Source: Hypanus sabinus (taxonomy: Eukaryota). Taken from it: DNA of 64,000 nucleotides. Shown one piece after another: positions 11,991-25,136 of the stretch. Where the stretch lies: the NCBI RefSeq assembly GCF_030144855.1, contig NC_082720.1:57784001-57848000 (forward strand), in the 5' to 3' direction. The stretch's first letter is position 1. Every line of letters begins with the position of its first letter. The notes beneath the pieces are model-generated. The model worked only from the letters and a program-made list of their open reading frames with translations. It searched no databases and was not told the DNA's origin. Made by a program: the position numbers and the translations under genes.

Positions 11991-14900
11991 TAGGTGCTAA
12001 TTAAATTAGTAATGTACAGTGGGGCAGTGGTGCTCTGATGGACTGGTGGGCAGGTGGAAAAGCCTACCAGTGTTTGATGTGAGCTTGCTTGCATGGATTT
12101 CCCGCTGCCAACTCAATAATAGAGTAATGGGATGCAGTGATGGGTTACATTGTAGATTATTGAGATAGGAGATGGAGGCATGTCGTGGTTGACAAGAGGC
12201 ATCACCAGTAAACACAGGCAGCAGGATCAGGCCACATGGGCTCTTATACTTTGTCTGTCATTCAGTAAGAACACAACTCAGGGTGACCTTTCTGGCTGAT
12301 CACCATATTGTTTGATTCCTCAGCAGCAAATGAATGTATAGCTCATTTACTCAAAATCAGTTTCAGATTTCTCTAATACTTGTACTTCAAAACATACAGT
12401 GAAATGTGTAATTTGTGTGAAAAAGCAACACACCCAAAGATGCGCTAGGGACAGCCTGCAAGTCCCCACACTTTCTGGTACTGATCTGGGATGGCCACGA
12501 TGCTCAGCAGAACACACCAAATCACAGGGCAACAACAATACAACAAGACACATTGCTGCCTTCCTAGCAGATGCACAGTTCTACAATCCTAGGACTGGCC
12601 ATCTTGCCAAGTAAAGCATCGAGGAAGATTGAAAACATCGTGGTGAGTGCAGAAGGTATTCAGCGTTAGCAGCCTGTCACTTCCTGCCAGAGCAAGGTGT
12701 CTGTATGTGCCAATCTCTCTCTCTCTCTCCCTCCCTCTTGCTCACTAATCCCAATGGAAGGTCCTTCAATGGTCTCTCCCTCTCTCTCTCTCGATGCTGC
12801 TGGAGGATGGTACTGAAATTCTGGGTCTGGGTTTGTGGAATGGACTGTAGTTCCTGGTCAATCTTTTTCCTGTTGCTATTTTGGGCAACTGAATTGGGGA
12901 GGCCTGCAGATAATGAACACTAAGCTGAACTGTAAATGGACTCTTTTGATTTAGTGTTTTATATTGTGTGATTGCAGTTGCTTTTTTCCTTGTCGCCATC
13001 TGCGTGATTTGTCTTTTTGCACGTGGGGTGATTGATCTTGTTGCCGTTTGTGTGATTGTTTTTTTTATGTGGGGGGTAGGGAGTTGATGTTTTTCTCTTG
13101 AATGGGGTTCCATGGTTTTTCCATTGTTTCATGGCTGTCTGTGGAGGAGATGAATCTCAGGGTTGCATACTGCATACATACTTTGAAAATAAATGTACTT
13201 TGAATCCTCCTTCAGCCTCCAGCAGACTTGTGGATTCACAGACCTAAGCTCTGGTCTCATTCATAACAGATAGGAGATTGATAACCAAGCACAATAATTT
13301 CACTCCACTTTCAACAATTTGAACCCTAATATGAGCGATGGAAGAAAGAACAACCACTGAAATCCCAATGTGCAGCAACACTGTGAAAGCACAAACTTCA
13401 TTTAATTAACACAAGAGATACCCTGCAGATGCTGGAAATCCAGAGCAACACACACAAAATGTGAAGCAGCACCTATGAAAACGAATAAACAGTAAGTGGC
13501 TCAGGCCCCGATGCTTCATCGTGACTGGAAAAGATGGGGGAAGAAGCCAGAATAAGAAAGTGGGGGGAGGGAAAGGAGTACTTCATTTTATTTCCATTTG
13601 AACAAAATATAATTTATGAGCACTTTCCCTGGAGAATTCTTTAAAGTGAATCATAAAACCAGAGCTGAGTTCTGCAGCAAATTAAAGGTTCCCTATTGAG
13701 TGGAAATGTGCTTTGAACAAAGGCTGCTGTTTCTCAGCTTTGAGGAAATCAGAATCATGGAATCTGATCCTTACATCCTGCACAATAAAAATGCAATTCA
13801 ACCTATTTAGAAACTGCAAAACAGTGAGATTATTCGTGGGAAATTGTACCCTTTTTAATACATTACATGTGGTGTTTGCTATTTTCAGAGGAGGACTAAT
13901 GGAATAAGATCACCAATAGCGACATAACTACAGAAATCGATTTGTTCCATCTCAATTAACCACACCCTGCAATCACCCAACATTACACTCATTAGCCAGC
14001 AAGGACCAAAATCTTGTTAAAACTAAATTATAAGAAAATTAAGCTAACATTTTGGAATACTGGTTTTCAGATTACAATTTGTTTCAGTGAACAAGCTAAA
14101 AGAGTTGAACAAATTGCACAGCGTCAATTTCTTCACATACTCCACTTTAAGAGTGAATTCCATTGTGTAAATCTAAATATAAATAAGGCATTGTGTGTAC
14201 CATTCCCCAAAAGGTGTTGGCTCATGTTCAGTACAAGTGCTATTGGCTCACAGTCACAGTGGGATTTAAATCCCCCTTCACTTCAAAATCATCATTATCT
14301 CTCTGTTGGGACTTCCTTCTATTATGTTTCTGTAATCTGGAAACTATTGCACAGATGGGGTAGGAGGTGTTGGGTGGTGATGTCAAAAATGTGCATTCCT
14401 TCTGCTGTTCATTGTGTACTGTCGTTGAATGGACTCACGTTTCTCAAAGAACACCTTTTCTCCACTTTGAGTAGCTGTGGGCCAGAATAGCCAGAAACAT
14501 TGTTCGAGGAGGCTTTGACCACATCTTTGATACTTTTTCTGTGTGCACCTGACAATTTCTTTCTGTGACACAGCTCAGCATAGAGTGTCTGCAAGTAACA
14601 TCCTTACTGACTAATTACAACAAAGGCCTCAACACTGGGTAGAGGTCACCAACATCAATTTGACAAAATTAGGAGGATTTGGCAAAAATAATGTTGTTCA
14701 TACTTTGCCTTAGAATGCCAACTGCAGATAATCTAGGTCTCCGAAGCATATAGAATAGCAAAAGTCACTGCTGACAGGCACGAGTTCTGTGCCTGGTCTG
14801 AGATCTTCATTTCCAATCACTCTTTTTCTCAAGCACCCAAAGACTTTGCTAGTGCATTGGAGGTGATGGTGAATGATTGCTTTTGCTGAGGGATGGCTGC

Positions 14901-15733
14901 TGAGATTTGGGAATTTGGGAAATCCACATTTTCCAAGGACTTGCTGTGTATCTTTATTGTCACAAAGCAGTGACATACAACAATGAACAGGTTGGTAAAG
15001 AACCTTTGTCAACTGTTTACTACACTCTATACATGCTGCCTGACCTGCTGAGTTCTTCCAGAAATTCTGTGCATGTTCCTCAAGATTTCAAGCATCTGCA
15101 GAATATTTTGCATTTGCCATTAGAATAATTATTTGTCCTTCACCATTTCAGTCCCCAGGCAAGCTCACTGTATGCAAATCGATTGCTGCTGCACTTACAA
15201 AACAAGAAAAGGCATTTTGGTGCATTTGGAGGTCATGAAAGATGCTGTATACATTCCCTTTTCCTAAATTTCACTTTACACTGAATCAAGTAAAAAGTGA
15301 GCATAATTGGTTGAAGAGTAAGACAAAGACAAATAAGGATAATGCATTTAGACCATAGAACACAAAGGCACAGTAGAGACCCTTCAGTCCAACATGCTGT
15401 GCTGACTTTTAACCCAGTCTAAGGTCAATTTAACCCATCCGTTCCCCCATGGCCCTCTATTTTTCTCTAATCCATTTGCCTATCCAACAGTTTCTTAATG
15501 CCCCAAATATATCTGCCTTTATCATCACCCCCAGCAGCGTGGTCCATGAAACCACACTGTCTGTGTATAAAACCTTACCTCTGACGTCCCCCTATACTCT
15601 CCTCCAATCACTTTAAAAATTATGCCCCCTTGTTTTAGCTATTTCTGTCCTTGGAAAAAAGTGTCCTCTTATTATGTTATATAACTCCATCAAGTTACAT
15701 CTTCAAACTTGTTTCCTCCAAAGAGAAAAGCAT

Positions 15734-15780
15734 TTAATTTGAAATCTGCTCAAGGAAAATTGAAGCTACGTTTTTGGAGT
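15734..15780 (-). CDS. Second candidate terminal exon of DIAPH1 (DSKNVASIFLEQISN*)
   Basis: Strong acceptor ctgattctttttccccctcag; phase-1 frame gives 15 aa then TAA. The upstream region is a diverged copy of the region upstream of the 17201 acceptor. Confidence 0.2.
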
Positions 15781-16184
15781 CTGAGGGGGAAAAAGAATCA
15801 GGGAGCTCTGTGCACTGTGGTGATGTTCATGAATCAGCTTTTTTATATTACTGGAAGCAACATCACAAAGGGAAGAGCAGATGGCCCAGTTTCCTTTCAG
15901 CTAGAATTAAAAGACTGTTGATATAAAACTGGATGATGGCAGGGGTACAAGAAACTGCTTATAACTTTGTTCATGCAGTATTTTGTGACATTTTCGGTCT
16001 CATTTCAATAGTTGTGTAGACAAAGTAGGATTATTTGTCTTATTGCACTTTGGCTGACTTTCAGGTCCAAATTTGATTATACAACTGATGCAAAGACAAC
16101 ATTGCTTTGCTGGACTACCATAGAATTAACAGTATTGGTTCAATGACTGAATAAGAAAATGACATATGCAACCCTTTTATGTGA

Positions 16185-16530
16185 GTCATAGTAACATAAC
16201 GGTATTACAACGCCAGCAATTCAGGTTCAATTCCTGCTGCTGTCTATAAGGAGTTTGTACATTCCCTCTGTGGGTTTCTTCTGGATGCTCTGGTTCCCTC
16301 TCCCAATCCAGAAGATGCATGGGTTGTACTCTTTTCCAGAGATGCAGCTTGGCCTGCTGAATTCCTCCAGCATTTTGTGTGTTGCTTGGATTTTCAGCAT
16401 CTGTGGATTTTCTCTCCGCAAATAGGTGTAATTGGGGTAGCATGCACTCGTTAATCACATGGGTGTAATTGGGCAGTGTGGGCTCATTAGGTTGGGAGAG
16501 CCTGTTACTATGCTATATCACTAAAGAAAA
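16185..16530 (+). mobile_element. V-SINE (tRNA-derived head plus V domain) interrupted by a PLE terminus at about 16325-16420; other plus copies at about 21545-21825, 34590-34770, 38090-38345, 44668-44935
   Basis: B box ggttcaattcc and V-domain core gtttgtacattc..gtgggtttcttctggatgctctggttccctc. Confidence 0.75.
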
Positions 16531-17115
16531 CAAATTTTAAAAGGAGTACATTAAGTCACATTTTATCAAACCTCAATTTTATCAACTTCAATTGTCATGC
16601 CAGGCAGAAGTGTCCTGCTGTATTTGGTGCATAATAACTTTTGGTTCACAGGTCTGAATCATCAACTCTGATCACAGATGGATCACAAAATGGATGATCA
16701 GCGTGCAGAGACAAGCTTCATTTTGCTGGTTAACATTGCATCCAACTGGTTGAATTTATTACCTACAACACCGATTCACTCCATATGGTTTCCTGTTTTT
16801 CTTTCTAAGTGCCTTCGGAATTTACTTACCAGATTCTAATTCTTCCTGAAAATAAATTATTCAGTGCAAAATGGTTCAGTGTTCAATTGCACCATAGATC
16901 TGTTATCTGACAAAAAAGTGCCTTTGTACCAGCTGTAAACCTTATTTTCCTTTTGGTTAATAGATTTAACTGAAAGGTCAAGCCTGACATTTCCCCAGAC
17001 TGTCTTGCTTGTATCAATGCTGTGAATATTATTCTCTGCAGAGAGTCTGCAGATTATTCACTGTCAAGGCATCGCTGAGTAAATTGCACCTGTGTGTGTG
17101 AGCATGCTCGGACTG

Positions 17116-17201
17116 CTATGCGCCATGGGTGTGGACTGCAGCAATGTCAAATAGCCACAAGGCCGATTGCATGGTGAAATACAGCACTCCAGCCATTAGT
17201 G
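17116..17201 (-). CDS. Candidate alternative terminal exon of DIAPH1 (ALMAGVLYFTMQSALWLFDIAAVHTHGA*)
   Basis: Long pyrimidine tract and ttctgttgtctgtag acceptor; phase-1 frame open for 28 codons to TAG; non-repetitive; minus-strand AATAAA at 16755-16760. No recognisable homology to the mammalian C-terminus. Confidence 0.25.
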
Positions 17202-17602
17202 CTACAGACAACAGAATGCAGTGGGGAGGGTGGGAGGAATAGATGGGAAAAAAACTGGAAGCTCTGCATACTAGCATGAACTGCAATCCCCTGTCTATTA
17301 ACTCAGGGCACTATGGAGATGTTCATGAATCAGCTATTTTGTGGGACAGAGTATTTAACAAATTGTTGAAAATCTGGTAGCTGCTTACAAAGCAATTAAA
17401 CAAGTGCAGACACAGCATAGGTGTTTTGAAAAACTGGCTTGCAATGTGCTCTGAATTGTAAATGAAATCAAAAATCTGTTTGGAAACATTTTTCTAAAAT
17501 TTCTAATAAAAAGATAATTGAAACACAAAAATATATTCTGGCTGCACCATATAATATTTGCACCATCAATGCCTTTAATCTTGTCCCAGCTTGACTGTTC
17601 TA

Positions 17603-17880
17603 TTTTATTTTTTATTTATTTTATTTAGAGATACAACATGGAACAGGCCTTTCCAGCTCACTGAGCCGCACTGCCCAGCAACCCACCGATTTAGCCTTAA
17701 TCTAATCACAGGACAATTTACAATAAATAATTGACCTACAAACTGGTACATTCTTGGACAGTGGGAGGAAACCCATACCCATACAGGAAGAATGTACAAA
17801 TAGTCTTACAGAGGAAGCCAGAGTTGAACTCTGACATCCTGAGCTGCAATTGTGTTGTGCTAACTGCTATGTCACTGTGT
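17603..17880 (-). mobile_element. V-SINE, minus strand; others at about 24655-24890, 33190-33460, 33478-33680, 36330-36620, 44150-44410, 46175-46425
   Basis: Reverse V domain (gtgggaggaaacc..aatgtacaaa..cttacaga) and (TTTA)n tail. Confidence 0.75.
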
Positions 17881-19304
17881 CTCTCTATCCTAAATATTGG
17901 GACTGAAAAACAAAACTGAAGACACCTTAAATCTGTAATGAGAACAGAAATACTGGAAATATATAGCAGGTGATGCAGCATGGCTTCCCATTTCCAGAAT
18001 TTTGTTTTTTTAATACTTTAAAATACTTTAGAGATGGTGCCATCATAAAGAGAAATCAGGGATTTAAAGCACTAAATAGATCAGCAAAGACAAAAATGGA
18101 TTTGAACACAATATCAAAATTGTGAAGGGATAGGGCGTAATCATTGTTTGAAAATGCAAGTGCAAGGCTTCAGCCTGATACATCTTTCCATGTTGCAAAA
18201 TTTTATATGCCATTGTTCCTTCACAGTTTTTTTTAACCTGCTTAGTATTTCTGACAGAGTCTGGTTTTATTTTACCCATATTCTCTCTTTCTTCTGAATA
18301 TCAATATATGAAGCAACTTTAATCTGCAAAGCTCTATAATTAACAAGAATTTAGCTCTTCATAATTTGTGTTACATGGATATATATGTGTGTGTGCTACA
18401 CAGGAAAGGGGTTGGATTATATTGATTCTGGGTCTGACAGCAACTGCACAGAGGCAATTTTAAGAGGAGACTTGATCTGAGTGTCACGTAGAAATCGCAA
18501 GTACTCTGCAGTGTTCTGTGGTGCAATATAAATCAAGGTTATACGATGCAGTATCTGTGCTGTCCAGACCCTCCTACAAAAGCTCTCCAATCAGTTTGAT
18601 TCAGGCAAATGTCTTATCGTTCAATAGGCTGAGTGCTATAGCTCTGGTGATTGTTCTCTTCTCGAGCAATCTCTGATCCCATTAGTTCAGACAATTGTAC
18701 AAACCAATTAGAATTTAGATAAACATTTTCACTCAGGACATGCTTTCTTCTTATTGCTGCCATCATGGAGGAGATTCAGGAACCTGAAGACACACATTCA
18801 ACGATTCAGGAATAGCTTCTTCCCCGCTATCATCAGATTTCTTAACTGATGTTGAACCCATAAACAGTACATTACTATTTTTTTTCTTTTTTTGCACTGC
18901 TTACTTAACTTAACTTGTTAACTAACTATATGTACTTATTACTATAATTTACAGTTTTTAATTACATATTAAAATGTATTGCTGGCACAAGCAAATTTCA
19001 TGAGATATGCCAGTGATATTAAACCTGATTCTGATATAGAGCTGTCAAAAGCTCAGTGTTTCTTTCTGCAATATAGCTTCACAGAGAGAGGGAACACAGA
19101 AACAGGTCGCTCAGCTCACTGAAATCACGCTGGCCATCAGCAACGCAGAATACACTAAACCGGCATTAATTCCATTCTTTATTCTCACTACATTCTTATA
19201 CAGCTCCTCCCAGATTCAACACCAGCCGCAGTTTTCAGCAGCCATTTCACTTACTAACTCGCACGTCCTTGATATGTGAGCAAACTGCAACTTGACAGTA
19301 TGAA

Positions 19305-19660
19305 CACTGATTTTTCTATCTCCTGGTAATTTCTAACCCCACTTCTCTCTTTTCCCATTTGCCATTCTGGTTCTCCTCTCACCTCTCCTCTTCTCCTCAA
19401 CTGCTGATCACATCCCTTTGCTGAGCCTCAATCTGTCCTGTCCTATCAGATTCCTCCTTCTTCAGCCCTTTACCTTTTCACCTACCACCTCCCAGTTTTT
19501 CACTTCACCCCCTCTCCCCCACCCATCTACCATCTTCCTTACCTGGCTTCACTTATCATCTGCCAGCTTACACCAATTCTCCCCCCCTCCCCCATCTTGT
19601 TATTCTGGCTTTCCAGTCCTGATGAAGGACCTTGGCCTGTACTGTTGACTGTTCCCCTCT
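19305..19660 (+). mobile_element. Penelope-like 3' fragment with degenerate hammerhead (19614-19651)
   Basis: ORF end (gatttttctatctcctggtaa), CT-rich tract, then CAGTC CTGATGA AGGACCTTGGCCT GTAC TGTT GACTG. Confidence 0.7.
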
Positions 19661-22600
19661 TTCATTGGGCAGAAGATACAAAAGCCTGAAAGCAGTAACA
19701 TCAGGCTTAAGGACAGTTTCTATCCTGATGTTATAAGACTATTAAATTGTTCCTTAGTATGATTAGATAGATTCTTGACCTCACAATGTACTTCATTAAG
19801 ATCTTGCAGTTTATTGTTTACCAGCACTGCACTTTCTCTGTAACTGTTACACTTTATTCTCCATTGATATTGTCTTATATTTGCAATGTTCTGACGTTTA
19901 TCATTATCAGAGCAGATTCATCATGATATTGCCTGGGATGGACTGGGTTTCAGTCATGTGGAGAGACAAAATAGGACCGTTGACATTTTGGGCTCGAGTC
20001 CGGATGAAGGATTTTGGCTGAAGCGCTGACTGTTTATTTCTCTACATAGATGCTGCCCACCCTGTTCAGTTGATCCAGCGTTTTGTATGTGTTACAGAGT
20101 TTAAGGGTAGTTTTGGAAGACTTATTTTACCCAATGGGTCACTGAAATCCAGAAAGGTACTCTCACAGCATATAGAAAGCATTCAAATAAGCAGCCTGTT
20201 GGAATGGAGTAGACTCATGGGCCAAATGGCTTAATTCTGCTCCTATATCTATGGAAGCCTAAAATCAAATAATTGTTACCTTATATTGAGAGGAAACAGG
20301 ATTAATTGTTTTAATGTCATGAACTTCCTATCTGTAGACAGACCAACCTGCTTGAATAGGGCTACTTTGCTTGGTACATTTGTAACAGGGTACCCAAGTT
20401 GTGCTACACAAGTTCATGAGGATGAAAATATGATGGGTAAACCCTGATAGGAACAAGTGGTGTTCCTGTCTCCATCAGGCATCATTGATCAGGGCAGGAA
20501 TCCGCTCTTCAGGCCTCTCAAATCTCAGAATAGGCTATGCACTCATGTGAGATGTGCACATTCTCCATAGTAAATGAAAGGATACCAGTGAAAATTTAGT
20601 TTTCAATAGATAACTGGAAGTTACCTTCTATGAAAGACTACAAGCAAGTGGATTCAGAAGCACTCTTGGCAAAGAATGGAGTTTTTTTGAAAGGAACATG
20701 AATGCGAAAAGCACAGTGAGCACGTTGCCATGTTTGCTTTTGTGAAAACTGTGATTCTATAACCACTGCAAAAAAGATCAAGAAATCCAAACCCTTCTAA
20801 AATTAGATTATGCCAAGTGAGCATTTCTTCAATCATCTGACACCAGAGTTAAGAGGGTTACACGTGTCGATCATGGTAGAAGGAGCCCGAGGAAATGAAT
20901 CATGCACAGCAGTCTCTGTACTGAACTGACTCAAGCGCAGCATTCATTGCACTGTGAAAACGTGACAGTGCTTAGGAGAATTGGACCAGTCATCATGCTT
21001 CAGAACCATGGCTCTATTTTTTCACATATTTGCTTCCTACAATGTATCTACTTCAGCCTGCACTCTTCCACACATACAGCACCCTTGTAGAAAATCTGAT
21101 TTGCTAATGATCATGCACTTGAATCTGAGGCAGAAACCCTTTCATTTTAATCTCACTGTCAGAAGTCAAACAAGCAAATCCATCAGGATAATTTATTTAA
21201 TTATTGCCTGAAAGCCTTTCATAATCTTAATTCTAGTACTATTTATCTGCTTTGCTCGTAATGCAGCTGCCTTTTCCCCATTTCTGCCATGTGTAATAAC
21301 ACAATAGACTATTGAGAAAGGCACCAGTCCTGATGACTTTCAGCTCCATGATTCAGGGAAGATTCTATTAAAGAAATAACGTGCACAAGAATAAGTTTGA
21401 ATGAATTAAATCTATTCATCTTTCAGCTGATTAATGCACATCTAAAAATCAGATTGAGGCATGCATGATCCAATACAGCTAATCAAACAACCTGCAGCAC
21501 ATTATCTCTCCTCAATATCTGGGATTTATTTTTAATTCATATGATTGGTAATGGGATGCTATTACAGCTCGGGAGCTATGGAGATTGGGGTTGAATTCTG
21601 GTGCCGCCCGTAAGTTGTTTCTGTATGTCATCCCCATGGAATACGTAGGTTTTCCCCAGATGCGTTTGTTCCCTCCCACAGTCCAAAGACGTACATAGTA
21701 GGATCATTAGTCACTGTAAATTGTCCCGTGATTAGGTTAGGGTTAAATCAGGGTTGTCTGGCATTGTTTGACTCAAAGGCCCGGAAGCGGAAGGGTCTGA
21801 GCTGTCTCATTAAATAAATAAAAAAAGAAATTTGTTCTAGTTGTCGAATAGGAACTCACTGTTCCCGTTAGGACTACATCTTATTCAGAAACAGAATCAG
21901 GTTTATTATCACTGATACTTGTCATGAAATTCATTGTTTGCAGCTGCAGTACAGTATAATACATAAAATAGACTACATATTACAATAACAAATACATTAA
22001 AAAAAAATAAAGTGGTGCAAAAAGAGAGCAGAATAGTGAGGTAGTGGTTTAACGTGCTTGGAAATAGGTACAGAGGGGATGCCAGGGGTACGTTTTTCAC
22101 ACAGAAAGTGGTCGGTGCATGGAATGCACTGCCGGGCAACAGTGCTGGTGGCAGACGCAGTAGGGTCATTTGAGAGACTCTTTAGATAGGTACATGGAGC
22201 TTAGAAAAATGGAGGGCTATGTGGTAGGGAAATTCTAGGCAGTTTCTAGAGTAGGTTACTTGGTTGGCACAACATTGTGGGCCTGAGGACTTGTAATGTG
22301 CTGTAGATTTCTATGTTCTATGTTCCTGTCTAGTGGTAATAATGAGAAGAGGGCATGTCCTGGGTCAGCCTCTAGTACATATACTGTTTTACTCTCTGCT
22401 GTGTTATTTGTTGAATCAGACAGTGCTAGATTCAGGAAGCTATTTGACTCATTGAGTATACTCCATCTTTCCCAGTGAACAGCCATCTAGTCAGTCACAT
22501 TCACCAGCTCTTTCCCTTTAAAAACAAATCACTGCGTACACACACAAATCATTGTTTTCTGCAAACCGCTTTAGAACTGCACTTTATATAATGAGCTTTG

Positions 22601-23964
22601 CTTCATGTCAAGTTTTTCATTTCTCCTCCAAAATATTCCAATTGCACTGATTGGAAAGTGGTGAATCTGTGGAATTCATTGTCACAGGCAGTTATGGAGG
22701 CAAAATCTGTATGTATATTTAAGGCAGAGGTTAATCAATTCTTGATTGGTCAGAGCATGAAGGAATAGGGGAGAAGACAGGAGATTGGGGCTGTAGGGAA
22801 AAATGAATCAGCCATACTGAAATGGCAGAGCAGATACAATGGACCAAATGGCTTAATTCTGCTCCTATATCTTATGATCTTAATTATAGAATATAGAACA
22901 GAACAGAGAGATGATGTGATAGAGGTGTATGAGATGATAAGACAGGCTAGATAGAGTGAATCGACAGAGACCTTTTTCCCAGGTCTGAAATGGCTAATAT
23001 GAGAAGGCACAATTTGGAGAAAAGTATGGGGGTGGGGGTATGTCATAGGTAAGTTCTTTGCACAGAGTGGTGTTTACAGAACACCCTACCAAGGGTGGTA
23101 GTAGAGGCAGATACATTAGGGGCATTTAAAATACTCTTAGACAGGCACTTTAGGATTGAAAGAATGAAGGACTTCTTAGGAGGGAAAGGCTAAAGTGACT
23201 TTAGAGTACGTTAGGAGGCCAGCACAACATTATGGGCCAAAAGGCCTGCACTGTGCATGTTCTATGTATTGCACTGGCACAACCCTCCAGCCCACAATGT
23301 CTATATTGACCCTGATACCAAATTAAACCAAATCTATCTGCCTGTACATGATCCTTCAATTCCTGCATGTTCATGCACCTGTCAAAATACATCTCAAACT
23401 CCACTATTGTGTCTGTTCCCACCACCTCCTTAGCAGTGTCTTCCAGGCACTTAGTACTGTGTGTAAAAAAAAACTTTAACTGCATACCTCCTTTAAATTT
23501 CTCCACTCTCACCCTTGAGCTGTGTCCTCCGGTGTTTGATGTTTAATTCTATGTGTTCTTCTTTTTACAAATCAGCCTTGTGTAAATGCTTGGAAGGGTT
23601 TGATGATGTGCTGGACTTACGAATGAAATTATCAGTTCAAATCACATTGGAACTTGTGAAGCTGAATGCATTTGTTAATTTGTGGCCTAGCACATTTTTA
23701 AAAATATCACTGGCTCATTTATTTCCTTGAAGGTCAGAAAACTGCTATCAAGCCTTAATTTACTTTGCTTGGTTGATTCATAATGCCTGTGTAATAGTCC
23801 GTCAGGCGAATGAAATATGTCCATTATACTTCTCAAAGCTATCACTCATGTTGCTTCACAAAGAGGGCTGTCAGTTCTTGCCTTTCTACGGTTAAGTATC
23901 AAGTCCGTACTAAAGAGCTGTCCAGGCTTGTCTGAGCACATGCTACATGCCTTTAAAAGGAAAA

Positions 23965-24612
23965 TCCTACAAAACTATTGGCCCAATACATCAGGGGTAA
24001 AGCCCTCCCAACCACTGAGCACAACTGCACATGTAAAGCTATCACAGAAAAGCAGTATCCATCATTACACATCCCCACCACCCAGGTAATGCTCCCTTGT
24101 TGCTTCTGGCATCAGGTAGAAGGTACAAGAGCTTCAGGACTTGCACCAGCAGGTTCAAAAATAGTTTCTATTCTTCAACCATCAGGCTCTTGAATAAAAG
24201 GGGATAACATCACTCATTTGCCCCATCATTGAGATGTTCCCACAACCAATGATCGCACTTTAAGGCTTTCCTCCAGTCCTGCTGAAGGGTTTTGGCTTGA
24301 AATGTCGACTGTACTCTTTTCCTAGACGCTGTCTGGCCTGCTGAGTTCCTCCAGCATTTTGTGTGTGTTGTGTCTGTATCTCACTTTAAGGACTCCTTAT
24401 CTCATTATCTCATGTTCTTGTTATTCATTGCTAATTATTTATATTTGCATTTGCACAGTTTGTTGTCTTCTGCACTCTGGTTGACCTTTCACTGATCCTG
24501 TTATAGTTATTACCCTTTTGGTTTGCTGAGTACACCAGCAAGAAAATGAATCTCATGGTTGTACATGGTGACATTAATGTACTTCGGTAATACATTTTCT
24601 TTGAATTTTGAA
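23965..24612 (+). mobile_element. Rex/Babar 3' fragment containing the 112-bp HHR insert; further copies at about 8991-9345, 18735-19035, 35570-35845, 51140-51607, 51670-51970
   Basis: Shared ..caggttcaa.aa.agtt...accatcaggctcttgaa.. body and gtgacat..gtact...taat..attt.ctttgaa tail. Confidence 0.7.
24274..24311 (+). ncRNA. Minimal type I hammerhead motif (A6C variant)
   Basis: CAGTC CTGCTGA A GGGT TTTG GCTT GAAA TGTC GACTG: perfect stem I (CAGTC/GACTG) and GUC cleavage triplet. Confidence 0.65.
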
Positions 24613-25136
24613 TTGCATATTCAAATTATATGGTAAATGGAAAACTTTCAAATTTATTTTATTTATTTAGTTTTATTTAGAGATGGAACATAGTAACAGA
24701 CCCTTCTGTTATATGACCAATTAGTCTACTAACCCATTTGTCTTAAGAATGTGGGAAGAAACCAGAGTATCCAGAGGAAACTCAAACGGTCACGGGGAGA
24801 GCCAACAAACTGCTTACAGGCAGCGGCGGAATTAATCCTGGCTCGCTGGTGCTATAATAGTGTTATGCTAACTTGGACGCTAATATGCTACATTAAAATT
24901 AAAACAGCAAAATACTGACTTAATGAGTGACTTCACACAGGTTATGCAACCACTGGTGCCAGGCAGACAATCTATGAAGAGTATTGATAATGGCTGGGGA
25001 GTCTCTACCTTGTAGCACATGGAGTAGGTCGCATTCCTAGCGGCTCTCTTTTAACAGATCCCTTTTAGTTTTGATGACTTACTACTTCTACTGAAGGATT
25101 TATTATTCTTACTGAAGGATTTACGACTTAATTACA

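Noticed and set aside
14014-15012. ORFs 14014-14490 (+), 14409-14594 (-) and 14710-15012 (-) as host exons or the DIAPH1 last exon
   Set aside because: No recognisable homology. The ttgcag acceptor near 14590 gives a stop after 4 codons in phase 1. A phase-1 peptide near 14830-14900 (..TITSNALAKSLGA*) only faintly resembles the mammalian tail and has a weak acceptor.
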